From the NCBI RefSeq assembly GCF_001194135.2, contig NC_068985.1:103587455-103629142 (forward strand): DNA of 41,688 nucleotides, written 5' to 3'. Below, piece by piece: positions 12,586-25,360 of this stretch. The notes under the pieces were generated by a model that saw only the letters and a program-made list of their open reading frames with translations, made no database searches and had not been told where the DNA came from. This stretch comes from Octopus bimaculoides (lineage: Eukaryota). Each line of letters begins with the position of its first letter. The first letter of the stretch is position 1. Position numbers and translations under genes: made by a program.

Positions 12586-13857
12586 GAAACAATTCCTATC
12601 ATAGTAGGTGCCTTAGGTATAATNNNNNNNNNNNNNNNNNNNNNNNNNNNNNNNNNNNNNNNNNNNNNNNNNNNNNNNNNNNNNNNNNNNNNNNNNNNNN
12701 NNNNNNNNNNNNNNNNNNNNNNNNNNNNNNNNNNNNNNNNNNNNNNNNNNNNNNNNNNNNNNNNNNNNNNNNNNNNNNNNNNNNNNNNNNNNNNNNNNNN
12801 NNNNNNNNNNNNNNNNNNNNNNNNNNNNNNNNNNNNNNNNNNNNNNNNNNNNNNNNNNNNNNNNNNNNNNNNNNNNNNNNNNNNNNNNNNNNNNNNNNNN
12901 NNNNNNNNNNNNNNNNNNNNNNNNNNNNNNNNNNNNNNNNNNNNNNNNNNNNNNNNNNNNNNNNNNNNNNNNNNNNNNNNNNNNNNNNNNNNNNNNNNNN
13001 NNNNNNNNNNNNNNNNNNNNNNNNNNNNNNNNNNNNNNNNNNNNNNNNNNNNNNNNNNNNNNNNNNNNNNNNNNNNNNNNNNNNNNNNNNNNNNNNNNNN
13101 NNNNNNNNNNNNNNNNNNNNNNNNNNNNNNNNNNNNNNNNNNNNNNNNNNNNNNNNNNNNNNNNNNNNNNNNNNNNNNNNNNNNNNNNNNNNNNNNNNNN
13201 NNNNNNNNNNNNNNNNNNNNNNNNNNNNNNNNNNNNNNNNNNNNNNGCCCCACCTGCGAGGTCATGCGCTGTTTATCTTGATATGAGATCACCATGTCGC
13301 GCACATATGGTTGTTATGCATGTGCCTGGTGTACCCTTATCAGACTGGTAGTCATGATGAGTAAACTGGGCTTCATATATTTTACCCCAGTGTCACTTTG
13401 ATGGCATGCACTGCTCTCTCACTCAACAACAATAATAATAATAATAATAATAATAATTATAATAATAATAATAAACGTTTCTCCTTCCTTCTCTGCTTAA
13501 ATCTTAAATTTCTAGAACGTACACTTTATTCCTACTCGGTCAAATAGAAATCAGACTGCTACCATGTTGATCCTATTCTTAAAACCACATGTATTTCCTC
13601 CTTCTCTCTATCTCTCTAGCATTTTACTCTCACTCTCTCTACCTCTCTCTTTCATTCCCTCTCTATCACATTCTCCAATAAGTGTGAAGACTACCTGTTG
13701 ACATCGTAAAACTCCTCAGCCGAAATCCCAAAGTCACAGGCCAATTCAGCACCCTGTGCATCTAGCCATCTACCTGAAACTCTGACCTCTCAACCCACCT
13801 GCTTGTTACCAGCCGCATATCCAAACTTGTATGGCAAATACTGAATATTCATCTAAC

Positions 13858-13901
<44 letters not shown>

Positions 13902-14043
13902 CACTTGAACAAAACTGTACAAATCCAAATATATGGTACCCTAGGCATAACACCTACATGAACTTCTAACTTGTTGTCTCTTGAGGTCTCTGGGTGAGAC
14001 TTGGATCCAACTTGTACAAATGCAAAACAAAAGTCAAACATAA

Positions 14044-14105
<62 letters not shown>

Positions 14106-16661
14106 TAAACTTTAGTAAATTTATTTCTCCCCACCACCACCACCCGCCCCCTTTTTTGCAGCTGTCGAACCGTCGGCGACTAAACCGGCCAACTGACAGA
14201 GCTTGCTTTGTGAGGAGGGTGCTTTTTGCTATTTGATCACCCTGCATGATGAAATACAAGACCTGTCCAACGACGGATGAACTCTGAGAGTGAAGAACCA
14301 TCCAAATAACAATTCATTCGCCAGCTGCGGAGCACTGAATAACATCTGAGATAATGGAAGAAAGCATAACAAAGATGCTAAATGGTTGATGGAATTGAGG
14401 TAGGAAAATATAAAGTGAAACAGAGCAATATTAGAATAACGACTGAAATGGTAACCGAAGAGACAACAAAGATCCCAAACTGAAAATGACCAGAACCGGA
14501 TGGGGTACAAGAGTATTGGCTGAGAAATTCCCCAGCACTACGCAGAAGAATAGCCACGCAAATGGATAAAATGATCAACAACGACGTGCAAATCTCAAAG
14601 TGGCTGACCACAACTAAAACAATTCTTTGCTAAAAGATGAAAGTAAAGAAAATGCAGAGGATGATTACCAGCCTATCACCTGTCTGCCCCTGATGTGGAA
14701 GCTTATGAGAGGAATAATATTTAGTTATGCGTCTAACTTCCTGGAAATGAATGACAAAATGCCTATGGAACAGAAAGGGCGCAAAAGGAAAAGCCGAGGG
14801 ACAGAAGACCAACTTCTGATAGACAGAATGGTACTGAACGACTGCAAGAAAATACTTACTAATTTGGGCATGGCATGGATCAATTATAAGAAGGCGTGAC
14901 ATGATCCCCCATTCCTGGAAGGTCTTCATCTTGTACAGATGTCTGAAAACACTGGAATACAGAGTTAACTGCATGTGGAAAATCTTTGGCGTGGGTTAAC
15001 ACCAAGAGCCATATTCCAAGATCGCCTGTCACTATTGCTGTTTGTGATTTGTATGATACCCCTCCCACAGATACTACGGAGTGTGACACCGGGGCACACT
15101 TTGAAAAGTGGAATCACCTATTATATATATGGATGATTTAAAGATCTTTGGAAAGACCGAACGTGAAATAATGACCTAGTTTCAACAGTGAAGATATTCG
15201 TAAGGATATCGAAATGGAATTTGGAACTAAAGAATGTGGTATGCTTATAATATAGAGGCAAAGTAGTGTCGTCTGATGTTGTAGAGCTACACAATGGCGA
15301 GACTAATGGCTATAGATATCTGAGGATTTTAGAATACGACAAAACCAAGGAAAGTGAAATGAAGGAAAGCTTTAGGTGAGAATATCTCAGAAGAACAAAG
15401 TTAATTATGGGAAGTAAACTCAATGGAAAAAACAAAATCAGGGCAATTAACACATGGGCTGTTTCCTTAATGCGATACGGCGCAGGTGTTGTTAGGTGGA
15501 CAAAGAACGAGCTTGAGGAAATGGACAGGAAAACTAGAAAAGCGATGACAATTAGCAAGGAACTACACCCCAGAAGTGATACTGACAGACTGTATGTGCC
15601 CAGAAACAGGGGTGGAGAGAGGTCTGTTTTGTCAACGAGAAGAACAATCTGGGATAGTACATCAAACAACAGAGTGAATCCTCGCTTGCTGCTGTTAGAA
15701 TTAATATAATATAATACCTACCGAAAATGTGATGCACCCACAAACATTTAAGAAACAGGATAAAGAAGAAACAGTAAACAACTGGAAAATTAAACCACTG
15801 CATGGGCAATACTTCAGAGAAATCGAAAGAAAAGATAGGATCAACACTGGAGATGGCTATGAAAAAGTGATCTGAAAGGATGCACTGAGGCATTGATGTG
15901 CAGCGCTCGGAAACAAACTCTGAGAACTAACTACACAAAGTTCCAAATAGATAAGAGTAGCGAATCGCTCCTTTGTTGGATGTGTGGGAACAGAAACGAA
16001 ACAATCTCACATATTGTGAGTGAGTGCAGCAAGCTGGCTCAAAAGCAGTACAAAAGGAGACACAATAACGTGGCTATGTTCGTCCACTGGAGGCTGTGGG
16101 AAAAGTACGGCCTGAACAGAGCACGGAAAGGGTACGAACATGAACCAGAAGGTATCACCGAGAACAAAGAAATTAGATATTGTGGGATGTTACAATCCAA
16201 TGTGATTCCCTAATCGAGGTTCGGAAACCAGATATTGTTGTAGATAAAGGAAAAAAGGAAACCAAGATCATAGATATTGCAATACCTGGAGATGCACGCG
16301 TAAGTGACAAAGAACAAGAAAAGTTTGAAAAGAACAGACTACTAAAAGACGAAACTGCAAGAATGTGGACTATGAGGAGAGTGTCTATGATTCCAGTAGT
16401 TTTAGGGGCACTTGGAGGCACTAACAACCAAGTTTGAGAAATATGTCAAAGAAATCGGAATTGACATGAGAACAGAGCAAGCCCCCGAAACTGCTCTGAG
16501 ATTGGTACTTGGATGTTGAATGTCTCTCACGATAATTAACAACAAAGTATCAAAGCTTATAATGTGCGGAAATAGACCCTGTGAGACCTCTGACAGCAGG
16601 ATACTGTCCGCTCTCAAAGAATCCACCAGAGAAAACAAGACCAAACGTTCTCAGAAATGAA

Positions 16662-16698
<37 letters not shown>

Positions 16699-16708
16699 NN
16701 NNNNNNNN

Positions 16709-16741
<33 letters not shown>

Positions 16742-19700
16742 TGGTGGAGGTGCTGGTGGTGGAGGTGGTGGTGGTGATAATAGTAATAATAAGTTGAAGA
16801 GGAGAAATAAAAAGTAGAAACAAAACTGTCAATGCTGGAGTGGTGAATGATTAGAGCGCCTTTCGCTTATAAAGTGCCCTAATAGCCTGCATAAGCCTCT
16901 GACAGTCAAGCCCAACTCCAAGTCGTCGCCGAACTAACAAGAAAAAGGAGCGAAAAGGAGAATGTCTGGCGCCTTCAAGTAAGAAGTGCTCTGGGTAGGT
17001 CAAGCTCGTTAGCTTTCGATGGCAATCAGTCTAGGAGAAGTGCCACTCTGACTTTAAAACCAGTAAAAGTATGTCTTGCCTTGGTGGGAAACCTTTCTTG
17101 GAACAGTGTTCCGATGAAAATACCGGTTGGTGGAAACGTAAAATGCACTTCATTTATGAGTGAAAATGTCAAGCAAAATAGCCGACGATAACAGTGTGAA
17201 CGGTACGAGTGTCAATGGTGAAGGTGCCACACCCGGCAGGTGTCTCGTTGTGCAGTAAGGTAGACCTGGTCGTAATGCGGCCACACCTAGCCGTGCTGCA
17301 AAACAAAAGTGGAGTAAGAAGTAAGTATGATGGTTATTGGAGCATTCCAATAGGTGCAAATGGCATGCCAGTCAGAGGATAGACATAACGAATGCACAGA
17401 GAATGAAAGGAAATGGATTGTTTCAAATGAACTTGGATCATGCAAAACCAATACGAAGGAACAGATGGCTATCAGAATTGGAGTTAGAAGTTATCGAAAG
17501 GAAGATATCAGGAAATGTTGAGCATATGATAAAAAAAAAGTCACATAATGAAAAAAATGGATAATCGCTCACAAGAGTATAATGCTGTGAGTCGTGAAAG
17601 AATCGCTATCAAAGATCATTGAAACGATGAAGACCAGATGCTAATAAACAGGGTTTTGGGATCTATAAATGTACAAAGGAAAGAATTTATGTATGATTTT
17701 AAGAAGGCTGACCGATGGAGATCAAATTAATAGACAAGCAAAGTCAATAATTTATTGAAGCATGTTGACATAAAGAACATCTCACAAACTAATAAACAAA
17801 TCAAGGTTGTGAGTAGGAGTGTTGCAGAAAGGATGGGATTAAAGAATAATGAACACAGAACATAGATAGAAAGAAAAGGGGATAAACAACCTTGGTGGAA
17901 AAAGAGAATATCGGAAGATATAATCCCCCACTGAACAGTGTGATGTCAATACTTGACAGGAAAAGAAGAGGAAAATTGAAGAATGATCGCAAATTGGAAA
18001 ACTGTAGAAGTACGGTGGACGGAATATTGTGATTGAAGAACTGAAGCAGCGCATACTTGCAAAGAAAGCAAAGCTAACTAGGTGTGAGCAACGGAATAAA
18101 CAATACCGGCAAAAGCGATTGTTTAGAGTCGACCAAAAAAGATTTTATCAAGAAATTAATGATGATTTAGCATACGAAAGATTAGTTCCTGATGCAAATG
18201 AAAGAGGACAGTTTTGTGGTAAGATATGGAGTAAGCAAGCACAACACAATTCTGGAGCTGTTGCCTGAAGCAATCAGTTTCTTATCCTCAGCAAGGAGCT
18301 ATTCTCTTAACCGAGGGTAGTATCAAATATGAACACAAAGATGAGCAATTGGGGCAACAGATCCTAATGGTGTACAGGGATTTTAGATGAAACAGTTCGG
18401 TAGGTGCCATAAATTGATTGCAGAGTAATTTAACGCAGTGATTGATGGATCAGAAGAAACTCCAGGGTGGTTGACCATAGGACGAACAATGTTGTGCTTG
18501 AAGGATGTATATTAAAAAAGATACTGACAACAATTACAGGCCAATTTCTTGCCTTCCATTAATGTGGAATTTACTGTCAGGAGTTATTAATAAAGAAATG
18601 TACAAACTTCTTGATAACATTTTACCAATAGAGCAATAAGTTTGTAAAGGAAGATGCAGAGGTACCAAAAACTAATTATGGGTAGTCAATACCAAATAGA
18701 GACAATACCAAATAGATAATTACCAAACGGAGAAATGATGAAACAAATTGGAAAAGGAAGGCTATAAGTACCTTGGCATATCAAAGTTCAATGAAATCAT
18801 GGAGAAGGAAATGATAGAACAGCTGAGAAGAGAATAATTCCGAAGATTAAGATTACTGTTGCGCTCAAAATTGACTGGATGGAATAAAATCCAAGCTGTA
18901 GATATATGGGCAATAGCATTCCTTCGGTATGGAACTGGAATCATAAACTGACAAAAAAGAACTGATTAGTAGGGATACAAAGACACGGAAACTATTGACA
19001 GTGCAGGGAGCATTCCATCCCAAGAGTTACACTGATAGGTTGCAGAAAATTGTGGGATAAGTTTGATCAGTTGGCTGGAAGGTGTTGAACAGAGGAAAAC
19101 AGCTTAGGGTTGTATCTAAAAATTGCCGCGGTACTGTTGCAGATACATGTGAAGAAGGCCGGCATCGTCAAAATTGATAATTATGTCAAGAAAGGGAAAT
19201 TTAAAGAGAAAAAGAACACAAAAGAGAAACGGCATCGAAAGAGAAAAAAAAATGTGTGCGGTCGCGTGACATGCAATGATTTGGTGTAACCATCAGATCA
19301 GTCATCGGAATCCTAATATTGTTACAGTGAAAGGAAAAAAACAATCATGCCTGATTATCGACAAAGCATGTCCTGGTAACACCAGTATCGAAGAGAAAGA
19401 ATAAAAAGCGAACATGTATGATGACTTAAAGTGAGAAATACGCAGATTGTGGACAATGAAGAGAGTAGAATTGATACCAATAGTGATCAAAGAGGAATGT
19501 GTCTACTTTCAATCATTTCGGCCTCACTCACCACGCAACCTCTTTTGACATAGTCACTGCTTTATTAAAGGAAGGTGGTGGGAGGAGCTTTACGATGCAT
19601 TCAAACGATATTCGGATCAGTCCTACACATAGCAGCAAATGCTGGACGTTACTCCACAAGTTCACAATGCTCGGACACTGCACGAGTACGTGAAGCACTA

Positions 19701-21342
19701 TTTCAGCGTTCCCTGTGCATTTCGGGTAGTTCTGCCTGACAACACGTTTGTGTCTGTGGAGTGTCTTTTGAACCGGTAATGGGTAAAAGGGAAAACGATA
19801 TATTTGAAAAGATTAGACCTCATACCGAAGAACAAACGTAATTCAAAGAATTCTTGCTAAATGTAAGAAATACGTGAGCGGTCACCATCGTGCCTTATAT
19901 TGCTAGAATAATGAATTGGACGGAAGATAAAAATAGGTTCATGAGACAAATAAACGAAAAAAATTTAAACTGTGTTTAAAATTTAAAACTGTGTTTAAAC
20001 CATCTAATGGCAGATGTCAGTCTTTTATACATGAAATGGGAGTACTGAGCAAGAGGATTCACTTCGATTTCGGATTGCTATGATGGAGAACGAAGGTCGG
20101 TAAACTGTCTCTCTGCAAAAAGTGATGATAAACTACTTAAATATGCTGTAATAGTACTTTCTCCCTTAAGCAGAAAACCTGAATTTTTTTATGCGAGTGC
20201 TGATCGATTTTATTGTGCTCAGTGCTCAACTGGTACCTTCTACCCTGAAACTGAAAGGCAAAGTCGGCCTCGGCGAAATTTCAATTTGATTGTAAAAGTG
20301 GACGATAAATGCTGCTGAATATTTTGTCCAGCGCGCTAACGATTCTGCCAGCTCACCGCCTTAAATATACTGTAATAGTAGAAGTAGGACTTACTTATGT
20401 CGAACTTGAAGGGAAGAAATACAAAACAGGATTTTTGGTTGAAGATAAATTACATTAGAAGAAATGCCTAACATAAACAATTTCAGAAAGGCAGCAAGAA
20501 TGTAAAAAGAAATCATGGGAGTGGCACCGAGTTGAATACTAAAAAGAAAAGAGCTTCTGAAGTCCAAGTTCTAAACATTAAGCTAGGATATTTATTCGAC
20601 AATATCCAGCTGTAGAATACACGCCGGTAAACATCAGCTTTCGTGTAGTGGGCTCTGTACATAATCAACAACTTTCTAGTTTTCTGTCAAGTTTCTGCAT
20701 TTCGCCATTTGTCCAATCCACAATTCCAGTTTCATATCTGATAACTTGTACAGGTGATTCTACCAACTCGCCACCTTAGGACACATCCAGTATTAATATT
20801 ATCTTTTGCGAGGAGGTGCAAAACAAAACTCCAGATTCATAGGAAATTAACTGAAATATTTGCTGTCTTATCCCTTCATTTAAGAAACCGTCTTAATGAA
20901 CGAAATATGCAGATGATGTCTACAACAGAATTTACCGTTAAGATTTTTTTAGACTCATGCCATTATAGTTTATTTTTGTTAACCTCACGGGAAAATAGAG
21001 TATGTTCCATATATAAATAAACATCTTTCTCACATTTCTGATTGGTTTAAGAAAACACTGTGAGTTCAAATACTAACAGACTCCCTAATCTGAAGTTAGA
21101 ATTTTGACTTTCAGTCAGCCCAATACACATTAACATAATTTCTCCCCGCTGTAGATATGATTCTAGGAAAATTTAATTAAATTTAAAGTCAGTATTTTCT
21201 TTAAAACATTAACATTGAGCTATTATATTATGACTGAACGATATAGAAATATATCAAAACTGACAAAGAATGTTTACTACTTACTGATGAAATAGCAGGC
21301 AAATAACATCAAGAGCAGCTGGTTCGAGAAAAACTGTGACAT
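3442..21342 (-). CDS. Gene A: spliced type I membrane protein with three Ig-like domains (leader-D1-D2-D3-TM); 3' cytoplasmic exon(s) unresolved
   Basis: Exons 21342-21285, 10595-10293, 8932-8609, 6293-5988 and 3594-3442 all have GT/AG boundaries and join in phase 1 into one open frame with signal peptide, 3 Ig-like domains and a hydrophobic TM. Same order and exon sizes as gene B. Confidence 0.8.
4196..4329. repeat. (CA)n followed by (GATA)n microsatellite
   Basis: Seen directly. Confidence 0.95.
4330..4757 (+). repeat. Imperfect ~70-bp direct repeat pair (4330-4399 and 4688-4757)
   Basis: Both copies read gtca(t/c)atttagtgacagttatag(t/c)ttt..tttttggtaaaacattgcaaa. Confidence 0.8.
4771..5096. 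mobile_element. Tc1/mariner-type MITE
   Basis: About 26-bp terminal inverted repeats (cactgacaaaaataggtttaagaccg and cagtcttaaacttattttggccagtg) with TA on both flanks; no ORF. Confidence 0.75.
5988..6293 (-). CDS. Gene A Ig-like domain 3 exon (atypical Ig)
   Basis: 306 nt, phase 1-1, acceptor ctttctatttatag, donor G|[21 protein letters not shown]...GNCS...ITC...LDVQC; several N-x-S/T sequons. Confidence 0.86.
8609..8932 (-). CDS. Gene A Ig-like domain 2 exon (V-set-like)
   Basis: 324 nt, phase 1-1, acceptor cttatattatcag, donor G|GTATGT. TLVC...VRWY...INC...FAC...KDGNFTIVC gives B-strand Cys, C-strand Trp and a D-G-x-F-x-x-x-C variant of the Ig F-strand motif. Confidence 0.88.
10293..10595 (-). 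CDS. Gene A Ig-like domain 1 exon (atypical Ig)
   Basis: 303 nt, phase 1-1, acceptor ttttctttttcag, donor A|[106 protein letters not shown]. The ORF track shows only its 3' half. Confidence 0.82.
12285..12470 (-). mobile_element. SINE family A
   Basis: Reverse core atcgattacatcgaccccagtact...gaactcaga...ctcaccgcc. Degraded relatives at ~3990-4192, ~11720-11870 and ~20200-20360. Confidence 0.75.
12490..12584. repeat. (ACT)n/(AAT)n microsatellite
   Basis: Seen directly; further (AAT)n arrays at ~13432-13473, ~13857-13900 and ~14044-14102. Confidence 0.95.
13248..13415 (-). mobile_element. Family E repeat, 5' part, cut by an assembly gap
   Basis: Reverse complement matches 30367-30542. Confidence 0.75.
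13905..14043 (+). mobile_element. R4-like LINE 3' end stub between (AAT)n arrays
   Basis: gaggtctctgggtgagacttgg...aaatgcaaaac resembles the 3' end of the 35.6-37.1 kb copy (aggtctctggttgaaaccc...aaatgcaaatc); flanked by (AAT)n. Confidence 0.5.
14340..16660 (+). mobile_element. Decayed R4/Dong-clade non-LTR retrotransposon (RT plus restriction-like endonuclease)
   Basis: RT pieces ([30 protein letters not shown]), zinc knuckle CWMC...[17 protein letters not shown] and KPDIVV...IIDIAIPGD endonuclease motif. Many stops and frameshifts; ends in an (ATG)n tail. Confidence 0.9.
16850..19490 (+). mobile_element. Second, more decayed R4/Dong-clade LINE with internal deletions
   Basis: [53 protein letters not shown], and IIDKACPGN...[13 protein letters not shown] endonuclease end. 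5' boundary approximate. Confidence 0.8.
20600..20760 (-). mobile_element. Short internal R4-like LINE fragment
   Basis: Minus reading [21 protein letters not shown] is homologous to [21 protein letters not shown] in the 14-16 kb copy. Confidence 0.65.
21285..21342 (-). CDS. Gene A leader (signal peptide) exon, coding part
   Basis: Poly-T acceptor (tttttttttttacatgtag, exon starts 21361), ATG at 21342, reads [19 protein letters not shown], then phase-1 donor A|GTAAGT. Joins D1 in frame (A+AG = Lys). Confidence 0.62.
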
Positions 21343-21899
21343 TGTTACACAGCAAAGAGAACTACATGTAAAAAAAAAAAAAGATACAGTCGTATTAGTT
21401 ATTCCTGCTGATAAATATCGGCTATATGTATGTATACTGAATATCAAGACTCAGTACAGGGTCGTTTGTACCTGATATGCTGCCGTGTGTGCAGACAACG
21501 CAACCTAAATTCTGCCACAGATATGACAAAAGAAACAATGTAAACATTTTGAGTTCAATTATTGATGTGAATATGTTAAGGAAATGGTTGTATCCTTTAT
21601 ATTTGAAGTCTATGCGGTCTTCTGACGAGAATGATTTCTTTCAAGTGATATAATGCTTTCATTTATCAATTAAAGGAGTCGCTTGAAACGGCCGTAATGA
21701 ATTGACACCTGTACATCTTTGTTACTCATTTTTATGGTGTACTTGATTATGTTTGTCAGTGTCTACGTGATTATCTTAAAAGGCTATAATTTGCGGGCAA
21801 GGAATGGGACTGGTTAAAACGCATTTCACAGATACAAACTACAAGTAGAACAGTTAACACGAAGAAAGCTTTTCAAAAGTTCAGCATGCAGTACTTATC

Positions 21900-22200
21900 A
21901 TTGCTGTAATCCAACTTCGAGAGATGGAACGATGTAGTTCTTCAGGCCTCAATCATAATAATTGAATTAATCTGTCTTGTTTAAATTTCTGAACAAATAT
22001 TTACGCTTGTACATGCTAGTGCATAGTAATTCATTGTTAATGTTCAAACCGTTTTTATCTAGAAGAAGAATGGTAACTGCTTCCCTTATACAAAGTTGAT
22101 ATTTATTTCTAGCTTGGTATAATGTTCCCTTGTCTTTAGTTGGGAGCGAAATCAAGGATGGTCCATGATATTTTAAAAGGATTTTCACTGATTTTCTCTA
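21900..22200 (-). mobile_element. Penelope-like element 3' fragment (endonuclease C-terminus)
   Basis: GTLYQARNKYQLCIREAVTILLLDKNGLNINNELLCTSMYKRKYL fits the C-x-L-C-x-x-E...NEL...RKY pattern at PLE ORF ends. May extend to ~22600. Confidence 0.6.
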
Positions 22201-23755
22201 GTCACCAAATATTATTGACATGAACTTTTACATATTCTTAGGAAGTAGCCAGGTAATGTCCGCTAAAAGAACAGTCGGTTGGGTGCCAAACATAAGAACT
22301 GTCTATAGATTCGGTGGAGATATTTATTTTACATTTAATGCGTTGACCGTCCCAGCATTGGAAATTTTAGTAGGTCATGTATTCAAGGTCTTCTAATACC
22401 TATGAGTTCTTAGAAAATGTAAAGATACGTGGTTCAAGAACTTCTTCCCTAGATTTTGGCTTACGTTTAAATTGGATTATTTTTCTTGTTCTACATTTGC
22501 TTTTAAGAGTACTTGGCACTTTTGTATCCGCTTCTTTCAAAATTTTATTTATAACCATTCGATACGCTACTGAGTTCTGTTTAATGGGTAAATACGAATA
22601 ATACTCGCTGACGGGTGGCGGAGACGAACCCTCAAAAAAATATTTGGTCCTTGGTTAGAATAACTGGATACAGTGCAACGACTTTTTGGTGGTCGTTATT
22701 TTTTTTTTATTTTTTTTTTTTAGGGATCGTTATCATCTCTGTATCATGATGAAGAAAAGAAAGATATTTTTCTTATTTTTCTCTCTGACAATTCTTTTCT
22801 TTTTAGCCTGTTATCTATTATTCTTATCATTATCTTCCTCAGAAGAGACAAAACACAAGCACACAGACATACGTGTCTACATATATAGAGTTACATATTT
22901 ATATATACGTGTGTATATGTATATGTATATGTATATACATACATACACACATATACACACATATACATATACATTTATACATGCATACATACATACATAT
23001 ATGTATGTGTATATGTGTGTGTATATATTTAGATAGATAGATAGATAGATACAAAACTAGTTATGCACACGTATATAAATTGTTAATTTAAATAATACAT
23101 TATCTCCTCTGCCTACGTTAAATATAATTAATTATTTAGACAATGACATACTCTCATTATTAATGGGGCAATTTTCTTAGCTCACTACCTTATGTACGTA
23201 ACAATCCAATCAAAGTTCAGCCAGATACTAACTGGCCACTAGCACTGCACGCTGACTCTGTTAAAAAATAATATTCTGACATGTTGTAGATATTTACCAT
23301 ACATAGGGTGATATAGTTTACGTGTATAAACTGAGAGAACACCTAGCCACTGACGGGCATTTCAACTATTTCAACGTTTAGCCAGATATATACGCAATGT
23401 GATGTAGAACATCACTTTACAAAAATATGGTGATGTTTAAACATGTCATCTAAAGTAGACACGAATAAATATGTGCAGTAGAAATGATTTAATGTGTGAA
23501 TTATTGCTTTAATAACGTTGTAAGCCATTATTTGATGAATTTATTTAAAGAACATGGAAGAAGAAATTGTTTTCTATGATCATTTGTCGCGAAATATCTA
23601 CTTGATAAATAACTTGTCTGTTTGTTATAGACCAACGTGTTCCACCTTACAGAGAATACATCTCGATCAACTGTCTTATTCTGTAATGCGTTTAGATTAA
23701 TACGAGAAGCAAAATTAACAATACCTTGACATAATAACTATAAAGGTGTATTGGT

Positions 23756-24102
23756 GGAGGCGCAATGGTCCAGTGGTTAGGGCAGCGGACTCGAGGTCGT
23801 AGGATTGTGGTTTCGATTCCCAGACCGGGCATTGTGAGTGTTTATTGTGTGAAAACACCTAAAGTTCCACGAGGCTCCAGGAGGGGATGGTGGTGAACCC
23901 TGCTGAACTCTTTCTCTTACTGTTTCTTTTGTACCTGTATTTCAAAGGGCCAGCCTTGTGTCACGCCGAATCTCCCCGAGAACTACGTTAAGGGTACACG
24001 TGTCTGTGGAGTGCTCAGCCACTTGCACGTTAATTTCACGAACAGGCTGTTCCGTTGATCGGATCAACTGGAACCCTCGTTGTCGTAACCGACGGAGTGC
24101 CA
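23756..24102 (+). mobile_element. tRNA-derived SINE (family B) with target-site duplication
   Basis: Head ggaggcgcaatggtccagtggttagggcagcggactcg...gtttcgattcc with A and B boxes; ataaaggtgt duplicated at 23740-23749 and 24105-24114. Confidence 0.85.
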
Positions 24103-24579
24103 ACATAAAGGTGTGTTATAGTTTTAATGTGGGCAGTGAAAGCAAGAGTGCTGTCACAAATAGTCTGCTTTTGATAGCTAAGACATTGGAGTATTACTTA
24201 AAATGCGTTTTTAGATTTTAATTTAGATTTCGAATACTGCAGATGACCATTGGCATTCATCTTTCTTGCCTATTCATTTAAGCAATTATAGATTTGAGTT
24301 GACGTAACTGACTATAACCTTGACCTACATCGCAATATAATCAGACTTGTAAGGAATTAAGAAACTAAATTGTTTTCACTCATTCGACTGCGGCCATAGA
24401 GGGGAACCATCTTGAAGTGTTTAGTTTTAACAAATCTACCTCAGTACCTAATTTTCCTCGATTTTACCGAGCAACGAAGTTACGGGTGCATAAACAGAGA
24501 ACAGAGCAACACCGTCATGTGATGGTGGTGGTGGTGGTGGTGGTGGTGGTAGTCAAACACAGGCACAAGCACACACACG

Positions 24580-25224
24580 CGCGCGTAGTCTCCGTCTACC
24601 GAATTCCCTTACAAAGCATTAGTCGACTTGGGGTTATAGTAGAAGACACTTGCCCAAGGTATCACTGAGTAGGATTTATCCCAAAACCATATGGTTACGA
24701 ATCGACCTTATTAACCATACAACCAAAGACTCATGCTAGTCTGGCAAATGATTAACTGTTGTCAAAGAAGGCACCTGTAGACAAACTCATAAATGTTCAT
24801 AAAATACTTTACAGCATTTTATATCAAACTAATATTACTCTAGAAATTTGTGACTGGCATGGCTGTGTGGTTAAGAAGATCTTCCTGCAACCACGTGGTT
24901 TCGGAGTCAGTTCAACTGCGCGGCACTTTAAGCAAGTGTCTTCTATCATAGCCCCAGCCGTCCAATGACTTGTAATAGAAGGAAATTGTGAGGAAGCCTC
25001 TCGCATATTTAAGTGTTTGTGTCTAAGTGCTTGCTATCCCTCACCATTTCACTACCCTTTTCGTTTTGCTTACGTCCCCGTTATATAGTAATTCGTCAAC
25101 AGCGACCGATGGAATAAATACCAGACTCAAAAATAAATACTGGGCCCGATTTGTTCGATTAAACTCTTCGAAGTTATGCCCTAGCGTGGCCGCAATCCAA
25201 TGAAGCAAGCAAATGATAAAAGAT

Positions 25225-25225
<1 letters not shown>
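24580..25225. mobile_element. Cluster of other SINE-like repeats (family C at 24580-24730 minus and 24859-24990 plus; family D at 25030-25225 minus)
   Basis: ggctgtgtggttaagaag...gcaagtgtcttcta (C) and gatttgttcga..aaa...ggccgca (D) motifs recur at ~5700-5840, ~7990-8500, ~26900-27050 and ~41100-41210. Confidence 0.6.

Positions 25226-25360
<135 letters not shown>

Noticed and set aside
6541-13304. Long ORFs containing X runs and MYVC, HTYI, poly-N or poly-I tracts
   Set aside because: Artifacts of N gaps and microsatellites; only the Ig exon embedded in the 8592-9980 ORF is real.
20395-20517. Signal-peptide-like minus reading [20 protein letters not shown] with a nearby GTAAGT
   Set aside because: Available donors are phase 0 or 2, incompatible with D1; T-rich DNA gives hydrophobic readings by chance.
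22686-23036. ORF with MKKRKIFFLFFSLTILFFLACYLL, signal-anchor-like
   Set aside because: Derived from low-complexity T-rich sequence, has no usable donor and runs into a microsatellite.
23756-23830. tRNA gene call for the SINE heads here and at 33889
   Set aside because: They continue into SINE core and tail with TSDs, so they are SINEs rather than tRNA genes.
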